From: Chloropicon primus
Lineage: Eukaryota
DNA length: 64,000 nt
Direction of reading: 5' to 3'
Assembly (NCBI GenBank): GCA_023205875.1
Contig: CP060765.1
Location: forward strand, 310,001 to 374,000
Part shown: in pieces, positions 39,341-48,233 of the stretch
Layout: each line of letters begins with the position of its first letter
Numbering within the stretch: the stretch's first letter is position 1
Position numbers and translations under genes: made by a program
The notes under the pieces: model-generated
Told to the model about the DNA's origin: nothing
The model's input: the letters and a program-made list of their open reading frames with translations, nothing else
Databases searched by the model: none

Positions 39341-41518
39341 ATGGCGATGGAGGACGACGTGTTCGTGGGCGAGGCCGCGTCGACGCTAAGGGCGCGCAGG
39401 TTCGCGCTCGAGGAAGAGGTCGCGAAGGGCGCGAGCCACGAGTCCGGATGCCCAAGCACGAGTCCAAGCACCTCGACGCCTGGGAAGGAACAACAAACCG
39501 CTTGGGTGAGGCAGTTATCGTTTCTGTATGGGTTGATGGTGTCGAGTGGCGATGGCGACGACGGGGGGGTGCGATCGACGGACGCTGACGCCAAGTTCTT
39601 TCGCCTCGAAGCGCTGAGGGGTATGGTGCGCGACGGGATCTCCTCGAAGAAGCTCCGAGCTGTGCGAGATGATCTCTCAGCCAAGCTCGGCTTGGAGGTG
39701 GACGGGAGTGGTCCGGGCGAGGAGGAGGCCAAAGCGACGCCGTTCGGTTTCCTGGAGGAGGTGTTCGGTAGAGAGGGGCTCGGGGCCCTGAGGAGGAGGC
39801 TGAAGGGGCAGAAGATGGAGGAGGAGCTGGCGCAACGGAGGGAGGCGCTCGCGCCACGAGCAAGGCCAGTGCAGACACCGAGCCCGGCAAGCAGCGGTCC
39901 TTCGCCCCAGCAGCAGCAGAAATGGAGGCCGAACTACCTCACCAACGCCAAGGTCTTGAACCAGGGGGAGGTCGAAGCGAGAAACTTTGCTTCGGCTCAA
40001 GCGGGGTCGAGGAAGAGGCTGGCCCCGGCGACAGAGGCGGAAGAGCAACAGTTTGCCGTCGAGCGGTGGAGCACGAAAAAGTCGTCTTGGTCTCCGCCAT
40101 CGCCAGGGAGGGGCGCCGGGGATGGCGGCGACGACGAGAACGAGCCCCCAACAGGTGCGACGATGTTTCAGAGCGCGAAGCAAGCCTTGTGCTCCAACCT
40201 CTCTTCCCCATCAAAAGGGAAGAACTACGCGCACACGATGAGCAGAGAGAAGCAGCAGCTTGGGGACAAGCGGCAGAGGAGCAACACGGGCTACAGCATG
40301 CCGAGGAAGAACCAGCAGAGTAACGTGAAAAGCGGCTTCGTGCCGCCTTACGTGAAGAAGGCCTTGGACGCAACTGGGCACCAGATGAACAACAACAACA
40401 ACAACAACAACAATTCTAGCGGGAAGCAGAGCGGCCACTCCCGAGGGAATGGGCACAATCCGAAACAGGGCGGCGGCGGAGCGAATCACGGGGACGAGGG
40501 GGAGCCGCCGTTCTCGCCCAAAGTGATGGAGATGATACTGGATCGTTCGCCAGACGGGGAAATTCCGGAGGAGATCATGAAGCTCGATGCCCAACTCGTG
40601 GAGAGCGTCTGCAACGACATCATGGAGAGGACCGGCGTTAGTTGGTCCGACATCGTGGGCCAGGAGGACGCCAAGAGGCTGGTGCAAGAGATGGTGGTGT
40701 GGCCGATGCTGAACCCCAACCTCTTCAAGGGAGCCAGGTCGCCGCCCAAGGGTCTGCTGCTTTTCGGGCCACCGGGAACGGGCAAGACCTTGATAGGAAA
40801 GGCGATAGCTTCCAACATCAAGGCAACCTTCTTCAACATCAGCGCAAGCTCCCTGACCTCCAAGTGGATTGGGGAGGGAGAGAAGATGGTCCGGACGCTC
40901 TTCGGCCTCGCTGGGTACATGCAGCCCGCCGTCATTTTCATCGACGAGATCGACTCGATCTTGAGCGCCAGGAAGTCGGACGGCGAGCACGAGGCGAGCA
41001 GGAGGCTAAAGACCGAGATGCTGGTTCAGATCGAGGGCTGCGACCCCTCGAGCTCGGAGAGGCGCGTGCTCATTGTCGGCGCCACGAACAGGCCCGAGGA
41101 GCTCGATGAAGCGGCAAGGAGGAGGATGCCCAAGCAGCTCTACATCCCGCTCCCTTGCGAGGAGGCCAGGAAGGCTATGGTGGAGAAGGGGATTGCTGAG
41201 ATTACCCACAGCCTCACCGACGCCGACATGGCAAAAATTGTGCTCAAGACCAAGGGCTACTCCGGCTCTGACATGAAGAACTTCATCCAGGAGGCATGCC
41301 AAGGCCCCGTGAGGGACGTCATGCTCGGCAGGAACCAGGAGGACGTGGAGATGCTCACCGCGGGAGACTTGAGACCTATGGTGATCAAGGATTTCGTCAT
41401 GGCATCGAGAGCTCAAAAGGCGACCGTGTCTCAGGATGAAATCCAGAGGTACTTGGACTACAACTCGAAGCATGGCACGTCCTACGTCAACGACGAGGTC
41501 AACGAGGACGATTGGTAA
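39341..41518 (+). CDS. FIGL1: Fidgetin-like 1 AAA ATPase
   Basis: EMVVWPMLNP, PPKGLLLFGPPGTGKTLIGKAIA, SASSLTSKWIGEGEK, FIDEIDS, EHEASRRLKTE and GATNRPEELDEAARRR. Confidence 0.88.
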   Translation: MAMEDDVFVGEAASTLRARRFALEEEVAKGASHESGCPSTSPSTSTPGKEQQTAWVRQLSFLYGLMVSSGDGDDGGVRSTDADAKFFRLEALRGMVRDGISSKKLRAVRDDLSAKLGLEVDGSGPGEEEAKATPFGFLEEVFGREGLGALRRRLKGQKMEEELAQRREALAPRARPVQTPSPASSGPSPQQQQKWRPNYLTNAKVLNQGEVEARNFASAQAGSRKRLAPATEAEEQQFAVERWSTKKSSWSPPSPGRGAGDGGDDENEPPTGATMFQSAKQALCSNLSSPSKGKNYAHTMSREKQQLGDKRQRSNTGYSMPRKNQQSNVKSGFVPPYVKKALDATGHQMNNNNNNNNNSSGKQSGHSRGNGHNPKQGGGGANHGDEGEPPFSPKVMEMILDRSPDGEIPEEIMKLDAQLVESVCNDIMERTGVSWSDIVGQEDAKRLVQEMVVWPMLNPNLFKGARSPPKGLLLFGPPGTGKTLIGKAIASNIKATFFNISASSLTSKWIGEGEKMVRTLFGLAGYMQPAVIFIDEIDSILSARKSDGEHEASRRLKTEMLVQIEGCDPSSSERRVLIVGATNRPEELDEAARRRMPKQLYIPLPCEEARKAMVEKGIAEITHSLTDADMAKIVLKTKGYSGSDMKNFIQEACQGPVRDVMLGRNQEDVEMLTAGDLRPMVIKDFVMASRAQKATVSQDEIQRYLDYNSKHGTSYVNDEVNEDDW

Positions 41519-41666
41519 AAACATATAATCAACAAACACAAACACTCTTGTAACTTCCAACAACAACATCATCTTTAGGATTCATCCGCTTGGCCTCCTC
41601 GTTTCGAGCTGTTTGCTTCTGGAATTGAAGAGGAGCGCCTTGGGCGAGGAGGTCGTCGTCGTCGGC

Positions 41667-44036
41667 ATGAGCATGGGGAGTCTGGGTGGCACGGAGGCCA
41701 TGTCGGCAGGCGAGGTGGTGAACGACCTCGTGAGGGACCTCCTCTCTTCGAAACACGCCAGCACGAAAGGGAAGGGAGCAGGAGGCCACCGCCAGGAGAA
41801 TGGCAACCCCCACCACGTTGGTGAGGGAACCACCACCATCTTGTTCGAGCTCTTGACGCGGGTCAAGGAAGTGAGGGATAGCGCGGAGAGGATGGAGAAG
41901 CACTACTTGGGTCGGAGGGACAAAATCTTGAGCGAGCTGCGTCGGTTGGCGGAGAGGAGGGCGGAGAAGGACAGCGTCCAGGGGAAAACCGAGGAGCAGA
42001 CGGGGAAGATGGTGAAGGTCTACGAGACCATTGAGGCGAGAGTGGAGCGAGTGAGTAACCTGTCGAGCCACGCCGGGGAGAGGTTGGTTAGGCTGGAGAA
42101 GCGGAGGGATTTCGCGAGGGAGTCGAAGATCCTGTTGAACCACCTGTCGTCCTTCTCGAAGACTGAGGGGTGTGGTGGTGGCGCAGCAAACCAGGGGGAA
42201 GCAACGCTGGACAAGCTGGATGATTACGAAGCGGCTTCCACGGCAATAAAGCTCAGGACATTGGGCGAGAAGCTTCTTGTTGGCACGAGCGACCTTGGCA
42301 TGTCGAACCTTGCGTCACCAAAGCCGGTGGTCAGGAACGAGCTGGCCACCATAGTGGAGAGGATCCAGGTGTACTGCGACAAGCTGGAGAGTAGGCTTAT
42401 CGTGACCTTCGATAAGAACTTGAGGCACAAGAATTTCCCAGGGATGAGAGAATGCTCGCGCAGCTTGCTTTTGTTCCAAGGGGGAGGGCGGCTGGTCTCC
42501 CACTACTTGGCGTCCCTGCCAATCTTCTTGGAGACCAATCCAAAGGTCTTGGGGGACGAGGTGGCGGCTATTTTGGAGGGGGGCGCGAACGGGAACAAGA
42601 CAGTGAAGCAGCTCACGGACGTTCTGGGTCGGTGGTACAAGCACAGCTTGGAATCCGTGAAGAAAGAGAGGGTCGTGATCAACGAGGTCTTCCCTAACGC
42701 CGAAGAGCTGACGAACAAGCTGGTGCAGAGGCTCTTCGAGCAAAACTTGCAAGCGTACCTGACCGCGGTACTTGCTCCGAGCCAGGAGAGCGCGGCCGCC
42801 TCCGGCACGAGCGACGACATCCAGAGCTTCCTTCGCATTGTTGCCGCCGCTTACGAGAAGACCAGGCAGTTGGCAACCGGGTTGCAGTCGATCGGGTGCA
42901 CCGGCATTGATGTGGACGCAAAAAGCAGCGAGCTGTTCGGTGAGCATCTTGACGAGTATCCCGAGATTGAGTTCCGGCTCTTGGAGGCCATCTACTCTTT
43001 CAAGAAGAAAGAGAACCTGGGCAAGGAGCTGAGCTACGACATCATCGGCCAGTACTTTGATTTATCTAAGGAGGCCATCGCGAGGTGCATGCTGTTGTGC
43101 CTCGACCAAGACAAGTCAGATTCGATGCAGAGAATGTTCAGCAGCAACTCGTCGAGGTACGCCAGCAGCTTCAGCCTCGTGGACCAGGTGTACCAGTACA
43201 TGATCGCAGGGCTGCAGACAGCCATGGATGCCACCGACAAGGCGTGCAGCTCCCTTTCGGCCTCCGCGCTGGCAAACGAGCCGGACCTGGAAGCCTTGAA
43301 CAAAAAACTTATCGGGACGAGCTTGGAAAATCTTTTCACGGCCATTCACACCCTTACGACTTGCATCCAAAGGTTCGAGGCTTGCGTGAGGGAAGAAATT
43401 TTGGACGACAAGCTGCCGGAATCCCTCCGAGAAAACTGTGGAGAGTCCCTCTACTCGTTCGTAGGCTTGCTGGAGAACTCTGTGGCGCAAGCCCTGAGCT
43501 TCGGCATTTCCAACTGCTTGCAAATCCTTGCGAAGGTCCTGAAGTCCAGGCAGAAACGAACAGAGTTCTGCCCCCAAGACGACATCTTGGGCATGGGGGC
43601 CATGGGGAAGGTGACGCCAGCTTGCACGGTGGCGGTGGGGTGCATCAGGGCGGTGCATGCTCTGTGCGTCTCGAAGCTTGGTGAGGCCAACATCATCCCC
43701 TTCATGGCAGAGTTCGGGGAGAGCATTTTCCAAACGCTCAAGCAGCACTTTGGGTCTTTCACTTACAATCCTCAAGGGGCCCTTCGCCTGAAGCGGGATC
43801 TCGCCGAGTACACGGACGTCTTCAAAGCGGTGGCCGCTGCGGGGGTGTCCAAATCTTTTGAACAGTTGAGCGAACAAGCCAACTTGCTGGTTGTGATGCC
43901 AGAGAGTATACCTGACCTCGTAGAAGAGGACTTGAAGATAAGCAAGAGCGTCGTGCTCTTCTGGATTAAGCTCAGGGCGGACTACAAGACTGCCAAGCTG
44001 CAGGACGGGCAGAGCTTTGATGCTTTCTTCTCCTAG
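41667..44036 (+). CDS. SEC10: Exocyst subunit Sec10/EXOC5
   Basis: N-terminal coiled coil with GERL, INEVFPN..LVQRLFEQ, QKRTEFCP, TPACTV, and FTYNPQGALRLKRDLAEY..LRADYK. Confidence 0.88.
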   Translation: MSMGSLGGTEAMSAGEVVNDLVRDLLSSKHASTKGKGAGGHRQENGNPHHVGEGTTTILFELLTRVKEVRDSAERMEKHYLGRRDKILSELRRLAERRAEKDSVQGKTEEQTGKMVKVYETIEARVERVSNLSSHAGERLVRLEKRRDFARESKILLNHLSSFSKTEGCGGGAANQGEATLDKLDDYEAASTAIKLRTLGEKLLVGTSDLGMSNLASPKPVVRNELATIVERIQVYCDKLESRLIVTFDKNLRHKNFPGMRECSRSLLLFQGGGRLVSHYLASLPIFLETNPKVLGDEVAAILEGGANGNKTVKQLTDVLGRWYKHSLESVKKERVVINEVFPNAEELTNKLVQRLFEQNLQAYLTAVLAPSQESAAASGTSDDIQSFLRIVAAAYEKTRQLATGLQSIGCTGIDVDAKSSELFGEHLDEYPEIEFRLLEAIYSFKKKENLGKELSYDIIGQYFDLSKEAIARCMLLCLDQDKSDSMQRMFSSNSSRYASSFSLVDQVYQYMIAGLQTAMDATDKACSSLSASALANEPDLEALNKKLIGTSLENLFTAIHTLTTCIQRFEACVREEILDDKLPESLRENCGESLYSFVGLLENSVAQALSFGISNCLQILAKVLKSRQKRTEFCPQDDILGMGAMGKVTPACTVAVGCIRAVHALCVSKLGEANIIPFMAEFGESIFQTLKQHFGSFTYNPQGALRLKRDLAEYTDVFKAVAAAGVSKSFEQLSEQANLLVVMPESIPDLVEEDLKISKSVVLFWIKLRADYKTAKLQDGQSFDAFFS

Positions 44037-44153
44037 TGGTAGGAAGGGGAGGCAAGTGAGACAGTCGACGCACACACGCGCGCGCGCATGCGCCATATAT
44101 TATGCATTTGTACTTCTACACCTATTCTTACAAAAGGAGTCTTGCAATTGCTT

Positions 44154-45437
44154 TTATCTATCTACCCCCGATTCTTCCTTGAGCAGCAAGGATGTGATGG
44201 CTTTCCTTCCCCCGTGGATCTCAATGCCGTATTTGAGGTCGAGGCGGCCCGCGCTCTCCAGCTCGGAATACTGAGGGCAAGTCGCCCCGTCCAAATTCGT
44301 TGTGTTCGAGACAAAGGCCCTGATTTCCCTCAACAGGTTCTCCTTGTCGTTCCAGTAGCCCCTGACCCTCTTGAAACTTGACTTCAGGTTCATCTTCCGG
44401 GCCACCTCGTAATAGCCCCCGTGGTGAGAGATCGCAGCGTCCACATCGTGTCTCCTGATCTTCCGAATCAGCCTTTGTGCCGGGAGCTTGTCCATTGTCG
44501 GGCACTCCTTCAGGCAATCGGGGTGCTCCATGACTTTCCGCATCTCCTTCTCAAAATAATGGAAATCCCACTGCAACCGATGCTTGTGGACCATCTTCGG
44601 GCTGTAAATGGTCCTTCCCAGCTCCTTGGCCGTCGCCTTGAACCCGCCATTCATCTTGATGGCGTACACAAGGTCGTGGCGGCCGGAGTCCACGAGAAGC
44701 TTCAGGTTGGGGAGAAGCTTCGTCGCAAGCAAACCCTCTGCACTCGTCCTCGTCTCGCCCGTGAGGGAGTGCCTCATCTGATCCCTGCTGACCACCCAGA
44801 AACTTTCGAGAAACTTGGCCACCTCAGCCTCGATGTTTTCGGAGTCCCAGTACCCCGGCGGGTTCTTGAACGGCTTGTAGCCCAGGCACGCCGCAACCTC
44901 AAAGTGCCCCCCCTGCTTCTCCACGATCTTCTGCAAATCACATCTACCCAGGGACTCGAACTGAGACCTGCTAGGCAGTTGGTTGGTCTTGCCGACCAAG
45001 GCCTCCAACTCCCTCTTCAGAAAACGCAGCTCGTCCTCCTCCTCCAAGAAGCCGTCGGAGTCCAGGTCAAGGAGGCCAGCGGGCGGGTCCACGAAGACTT
45101 TCCTCGCGCTCGAGTCCAGGTAGGGAACGATGTCCGAGACCAAGGGTATTAGCCGGTATTCCTCCTCGAGTCCACCGCCAGCGGGGTTGTTGATGACCAC
45201 GTTCAGCAGAGCGTGGCCCACACCCCTGTGAGGCTCGATCACCTCGACCACCCTGCCTATGAACTCCCCGTCGTGGAGCTTCGCCACCTCCCAGTCTCTC
45301 AAGTTCAAGGCACTCCTACTCCTCAAGGTGCTCCAGTCGACCTGCTTGCGGGAGCTCCTCGCGGCCAGCGATCTCGTCGATCTCGCAGCAAGCGCCTTGC
45401 CCCCGCCTCGGAGGTTTTGGACCCCAGGCCTCGCCAT
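44154..45437 (-). CDS. Organelle-targeted protein: RimM-type PRC barrel plus four helical GRxDL repeats
   Basis: IGRVVEV..LL..LIPLVSDIVP.LD..KVFVDPPAGLLDL resembles the RimM C-terminal barrel; it is followed by 4 x LP..L..GRxDL..I...GG..VA..LG. Start taken at MARPG. Confidence 0.65.
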   Translation of the reverse strand: MARPGVQNLRGGGKALAARSTRSLAARSSRKQVDWSTLRSRSALNLRDWEVAKLHDGEFIGRVVEVIEPHRGVGHALLNVVINNPAGGGLEEEYRLIPLVSDIVPYLDSSARKVFVDPPAGLLDLDSDGFLEEEDELRFLKRELEALVGKTNQLPSRSQFESLGRCDLQKIVEKQGGHFEVAACLGYKPFKNPPGYWDSENIEAEVAKFLESFWVVSRDQMRHSLTGETRTSAEGLLATKLLPNLKLLVDSGRHDLVYAIKMNGGFKATAKELGRTIYSPKMVHKHRLQWDFHYFEKEMRKVMEHPDCLKECPTMDKLPAQRLIRKIRRHDVDAAISHHGGYYEVARKMNLKSSFKRVRGYWNDKENLLREIRAFVSNTTNLDGATCPQYSELESAGRLDLKYGIEIHGGRKAITSLLLKEESGVDR

Positions 45438-45512
45438 GGCACCACTCACTCTCTCTCCATCCTCAAAGGAAAAACGCAAACCCTCCACAAAACCAAAGCA
45501 ATTCTCGACCAC

Positions 45513-45748
45513 CCCGTACACCACGTGGGTCAAGAAAAGCTCCAATGGAAAGATTGCGAGACTTTCTTTCGCTTTCTCGGCACCTCCTTCCCCTCCCCCT
45601 CCACCGTGGTCCTCTCCCTTCCAGAAAGAGAAAGTGCCCCTCCCCTCTCCTCTGTGCTGGCAGCAGCAAGTTATAGAACAATGCCGATTTCTCGACCAAT
45701 CCCGGCGTCAAAACGTTCGTGGAAGGCACCGATGGAAAGATCGTGAGA
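45513..45748 (+). promoter_or_regulatory. Two copies of the bipartite upstream element, 187 nt apart
   Basis: CCCGTACACCACG-N22-GAAAGATTGCGAGA (45513-45561) and TCCCGGCGTCAAA-N22-GAAAGATCGTGAGA (45700-45748); both are preceded by TTCTCGACCA. Confidence 0.58.
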
Positions 45749-46285
45749 CGCACTTTCTCCCTGTCCCCTCTCCCTCCTTTCCTTCTCCTTTGGTACCCTC
45801 GTAAGAGTCTTCCTTCCTCCGCCAAAAGGCCTCCCTCCTCCCTCGCTCTCTCTGCAGCAATGAACCTGGGTAACGCACCGATCGGTGTTTTCGCGCACGG
45901 GGTAGAGGGCGAGGGAGAAACGGGGACGAGGAGGACGGGTACGCGCGAGAGTGCGAGGGAAGACGGGACAGACGGAAGCGTCTCTCTTTCTTCTTTCGAT
46001 TGAGGTGTCGCACGAAGGGAGAGGTGCTCGGGTCGAGGATTTGGACGACGCGAGAGAGAGAGAGAGAAGGTGAGGGAACCCTCGGAGGAGGGGAGTTTCG
46101 TGGGAGGGAAAGGGACGGTGACGGGTCGCGTCGGGGTGGAACGAAGAGTGTCAGCGGTCGCAGGCAGAGCACTCACGTCTTTCTCTTTTTTTGTGGACTC
46201 CTCGCTCGAAAGAAATGAAGCGGTGGCGAGGATTTTGACTCGTCACATGTGAGGGAGGGCAGACGAAGAGGAAGGCGAACGATTC

Positions 46286-48211
46286 ATGGGGAAAGGCGGG
46301 GCGAGGAGGTCGAGGGACGATGTCAAGGCGTTGCTGGTGTGCATAGGGCTGACGAACCCCGAGGACTTGAGCGGCTGCTCGACAGTGCAAGAGGAGTTTG
46401 CCTACGTGAAGAAATGTTTCCGCAGGAAGTGTTTGGAGACTCACCCGGACAAGGGCGGAGACGCGGCGGACTTCAGGGACGTTCAGTCCGCTTTCGAGAC
46501 GCTCCGAAGCATGTTCGAGAGGGGGTCCATCCCGACGTTTCAAGGGAGCGCGGGCACGTCCACCAAGAAGGAGTACGAGGCGGCTTATGAGAACATGGGC
46601 AAGTACTCGCAGCCCTCGTACGAGTTCTACGAGTTTGCGGAGGACATCAGCGTGCCGCAGTACAGGGTGGAGCTCGCGAAGAGTGGAAGGAGCGCGTGCA
46701 GCAAGCCTGGGACGAGGAGTAAGAACTATCAGGACAAGAAGTGCCCCATCATCCCTGGCGAGACGCAATACAAGTTCAAGACGGTCGCGCGCAAGCTGAA
46801 GAGCGGAACCGAGTACGACGAGGTGGCATACACCCTGATCAGCAAGGGCATGATTCGCATCGGAGTGGTCGATGAGCAGACGGGTGGCTACGGAAGGTGG
46901 TGCCACTTGGAGTGCTGGAGGGTCCCAAAGAGGATCTGGCTCGCTATGCCATCCGAGGGCCACCCAGACGAGTACAAGGCCGAGGTCTACGAAATGAGAC
47001 TCATCGCGCTGAACGAAGTCCTGTTCGAAGGCATGCAGGAGCTGTCTGCCGAGCACAGGGCGAAGCTCGTAAGGCACGTGATGGATCGAGGAAACTGGGC
47101 CCAGTACAAGAAACCTGCTTTCCTGAAGCAAAGATCGCCCAGCAAAGCCCCCGCAGGAGAATCAGCATCCCCAAAGAAGATGGAAGCTCCAAAGGCGGAG
47201 CCTTCAACTCCAAGGGCGGAGGACAAAGTGAAGTCTGAGGTGAAGGCCGAGCCTCCTGCCAGCGCCCCACAGGCTTTTATGGTGCCCTCTTCTAAGGCGC
47301 CCTCTTCCTCCCTCGTTCCCAAGGAGAAATTCGTCCTGCCCAAACCAGGCGTGGGCAACGCGAAGCCTGGCTGCCTCGGCGGGAAAACTTGCGTCCTGAC
47401 GGGTGTCTTTCCGGAGGTGGGAGGAGGCTCAGGCCTCAGCTTGGGCAAGGACAGGGTCAAGGGTATGATCATGAGCTTCGGTGGGAGAGTCACGAGCGCA
47501 ATCTCTGGCAAAACGGACATCCTGGTTGTCGGGAAAGATCCTGGAATGAGCAAAGTGTCGAAGGGCAGGAACCAGAACAGATGCACCCTGCTGAGCCTCA
47601 AGGACTTTTGCGAAGGGATCAACAACGGCACCGTGTCCCAGACGATCGAACAAGCCAAGCCCATGGTCATCGAGACCTTTTCCATGGGATACAAAGCGAG
47701 GGGTGGATTTAACTCCCTGATGTACCGCTCATCCAAGGAGGAGATTGAGTATGCGCAAGGAAAGTCGCCACAAAAGAGGCTGCAGGGTCCCACAACAGAG
47801 AATGAGGGGGAAAAGCCAGCGAAGAAGGCGAAGAAGTCGAAGAGGAAGCTGGATTTGGATGAGGAGGCGGAAGAAAAGGAGGAGGCGAAAGAGAAGGAGC
47901 CCCTGGATAAGGCTATTCAGGCAAAGCTGGACAGAAATAAGAAGCAGGGGCATGTGCCATGGCACACCACTTTACTCGCAAGGGAGCTGAAAGCTCTTTG
48001 CAAGCACCATGATGTAGACGACAAGGGGACGAAACCCGTCCTGATCAAGCGTCTGAACGTCTTCTTTGAGGCTGGAGGAGGAGGAGGAGGAGGAGGCAAA
48101 GGGAAGGGAAAGGGAAAGGCCGAAGACAAGAAAGAGGCTGGAGGAGGAAGAGGAGGCAAAGGGAAGGGAAAGGCCAAGGCCAAAGGGAGAGGCAAGAGGA
48201 AAAGTGTTTAA
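46286..48211 (+). CDS. J-domain + PARP-type zinc finger + BRCT + SAP-like protein
   Basis: J-domain VKKCFRRKCLETHPDKGGD..F..VQSAFETL; zf-PARP YRVELAKSGRSAC..ISKGMIRIG..WCHLECW; BRCT LGGKTCVLTGVF..FGGRVTSAISGKTDILVVGKDPGMSK; SAP-like ELKALCK..KGTKPVLIKRL; basic Gly/Lys tail. Confidence 0.8.
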   Translation: MGKGGARRSRDDVKALLVCIGLTNPEDLSGCSTVQEEFAYVKKCFRRKCLETHPDKGGDAADFRDVQSAFETLRSMFERGSIPTFQGSAGTSTKKEYEAAYENMGKYSQPSYEFYEFAEDISVPQYRVELAKSGRSACSKPGTRSKNYQDKKCPIIPGETQYKFKTVARKLKSGTEYDEVAYTLISKGMIRIGVVDEQTGGYGRWCHLECWRVPKRIWLAMPSEGHPDEYKAEVYEMRLIALNEVLFEGMQELSAEHRAKLVRHVMDRGNWAQYKKPAFLKQRSPSKAPAGESASPKKMEAPKAEPSTPRAEDKVKSEVKAEPPASAPQAFMVPSSKAPSSSLVPKEKFVLPKPGVGNAKPGCLGGKTCVLTGVFPEVGGGSGLSLGKDRVKGMIMSFGGRVTSAISGKTDILVVGKDPGMSKVSKGRNQNRCTLLSLKDFCEGINNGTVSQTIEQAKPMVIETFSMGYKARGGFNSLMYRSSKEEIEYAQGKSPQKRLQGPTTENEGEKPAKKAKKSKRKLDLDEEAEEKEEAKEKEPLDKAIQAKLDRNKKQGHVPWHTTLLARELKALCKHHDVDDKGTKPVLIKRLNVFFEAGGGGGGGGKGKGKGKAEDKKEAGGGRGGKGKGKAKAKGRGKRKSV

Positions 48212-48233
48212 GATGTGGACAGGAATTTTCGAT

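Noticed and set aside
48068..48200. Short direct repeat at the 3' end of the J-domain gene
   Set aside because: It is low-complexity Gly/Lys coding sequence (EAGGG..KGKGK twice), not a mobile-element end.
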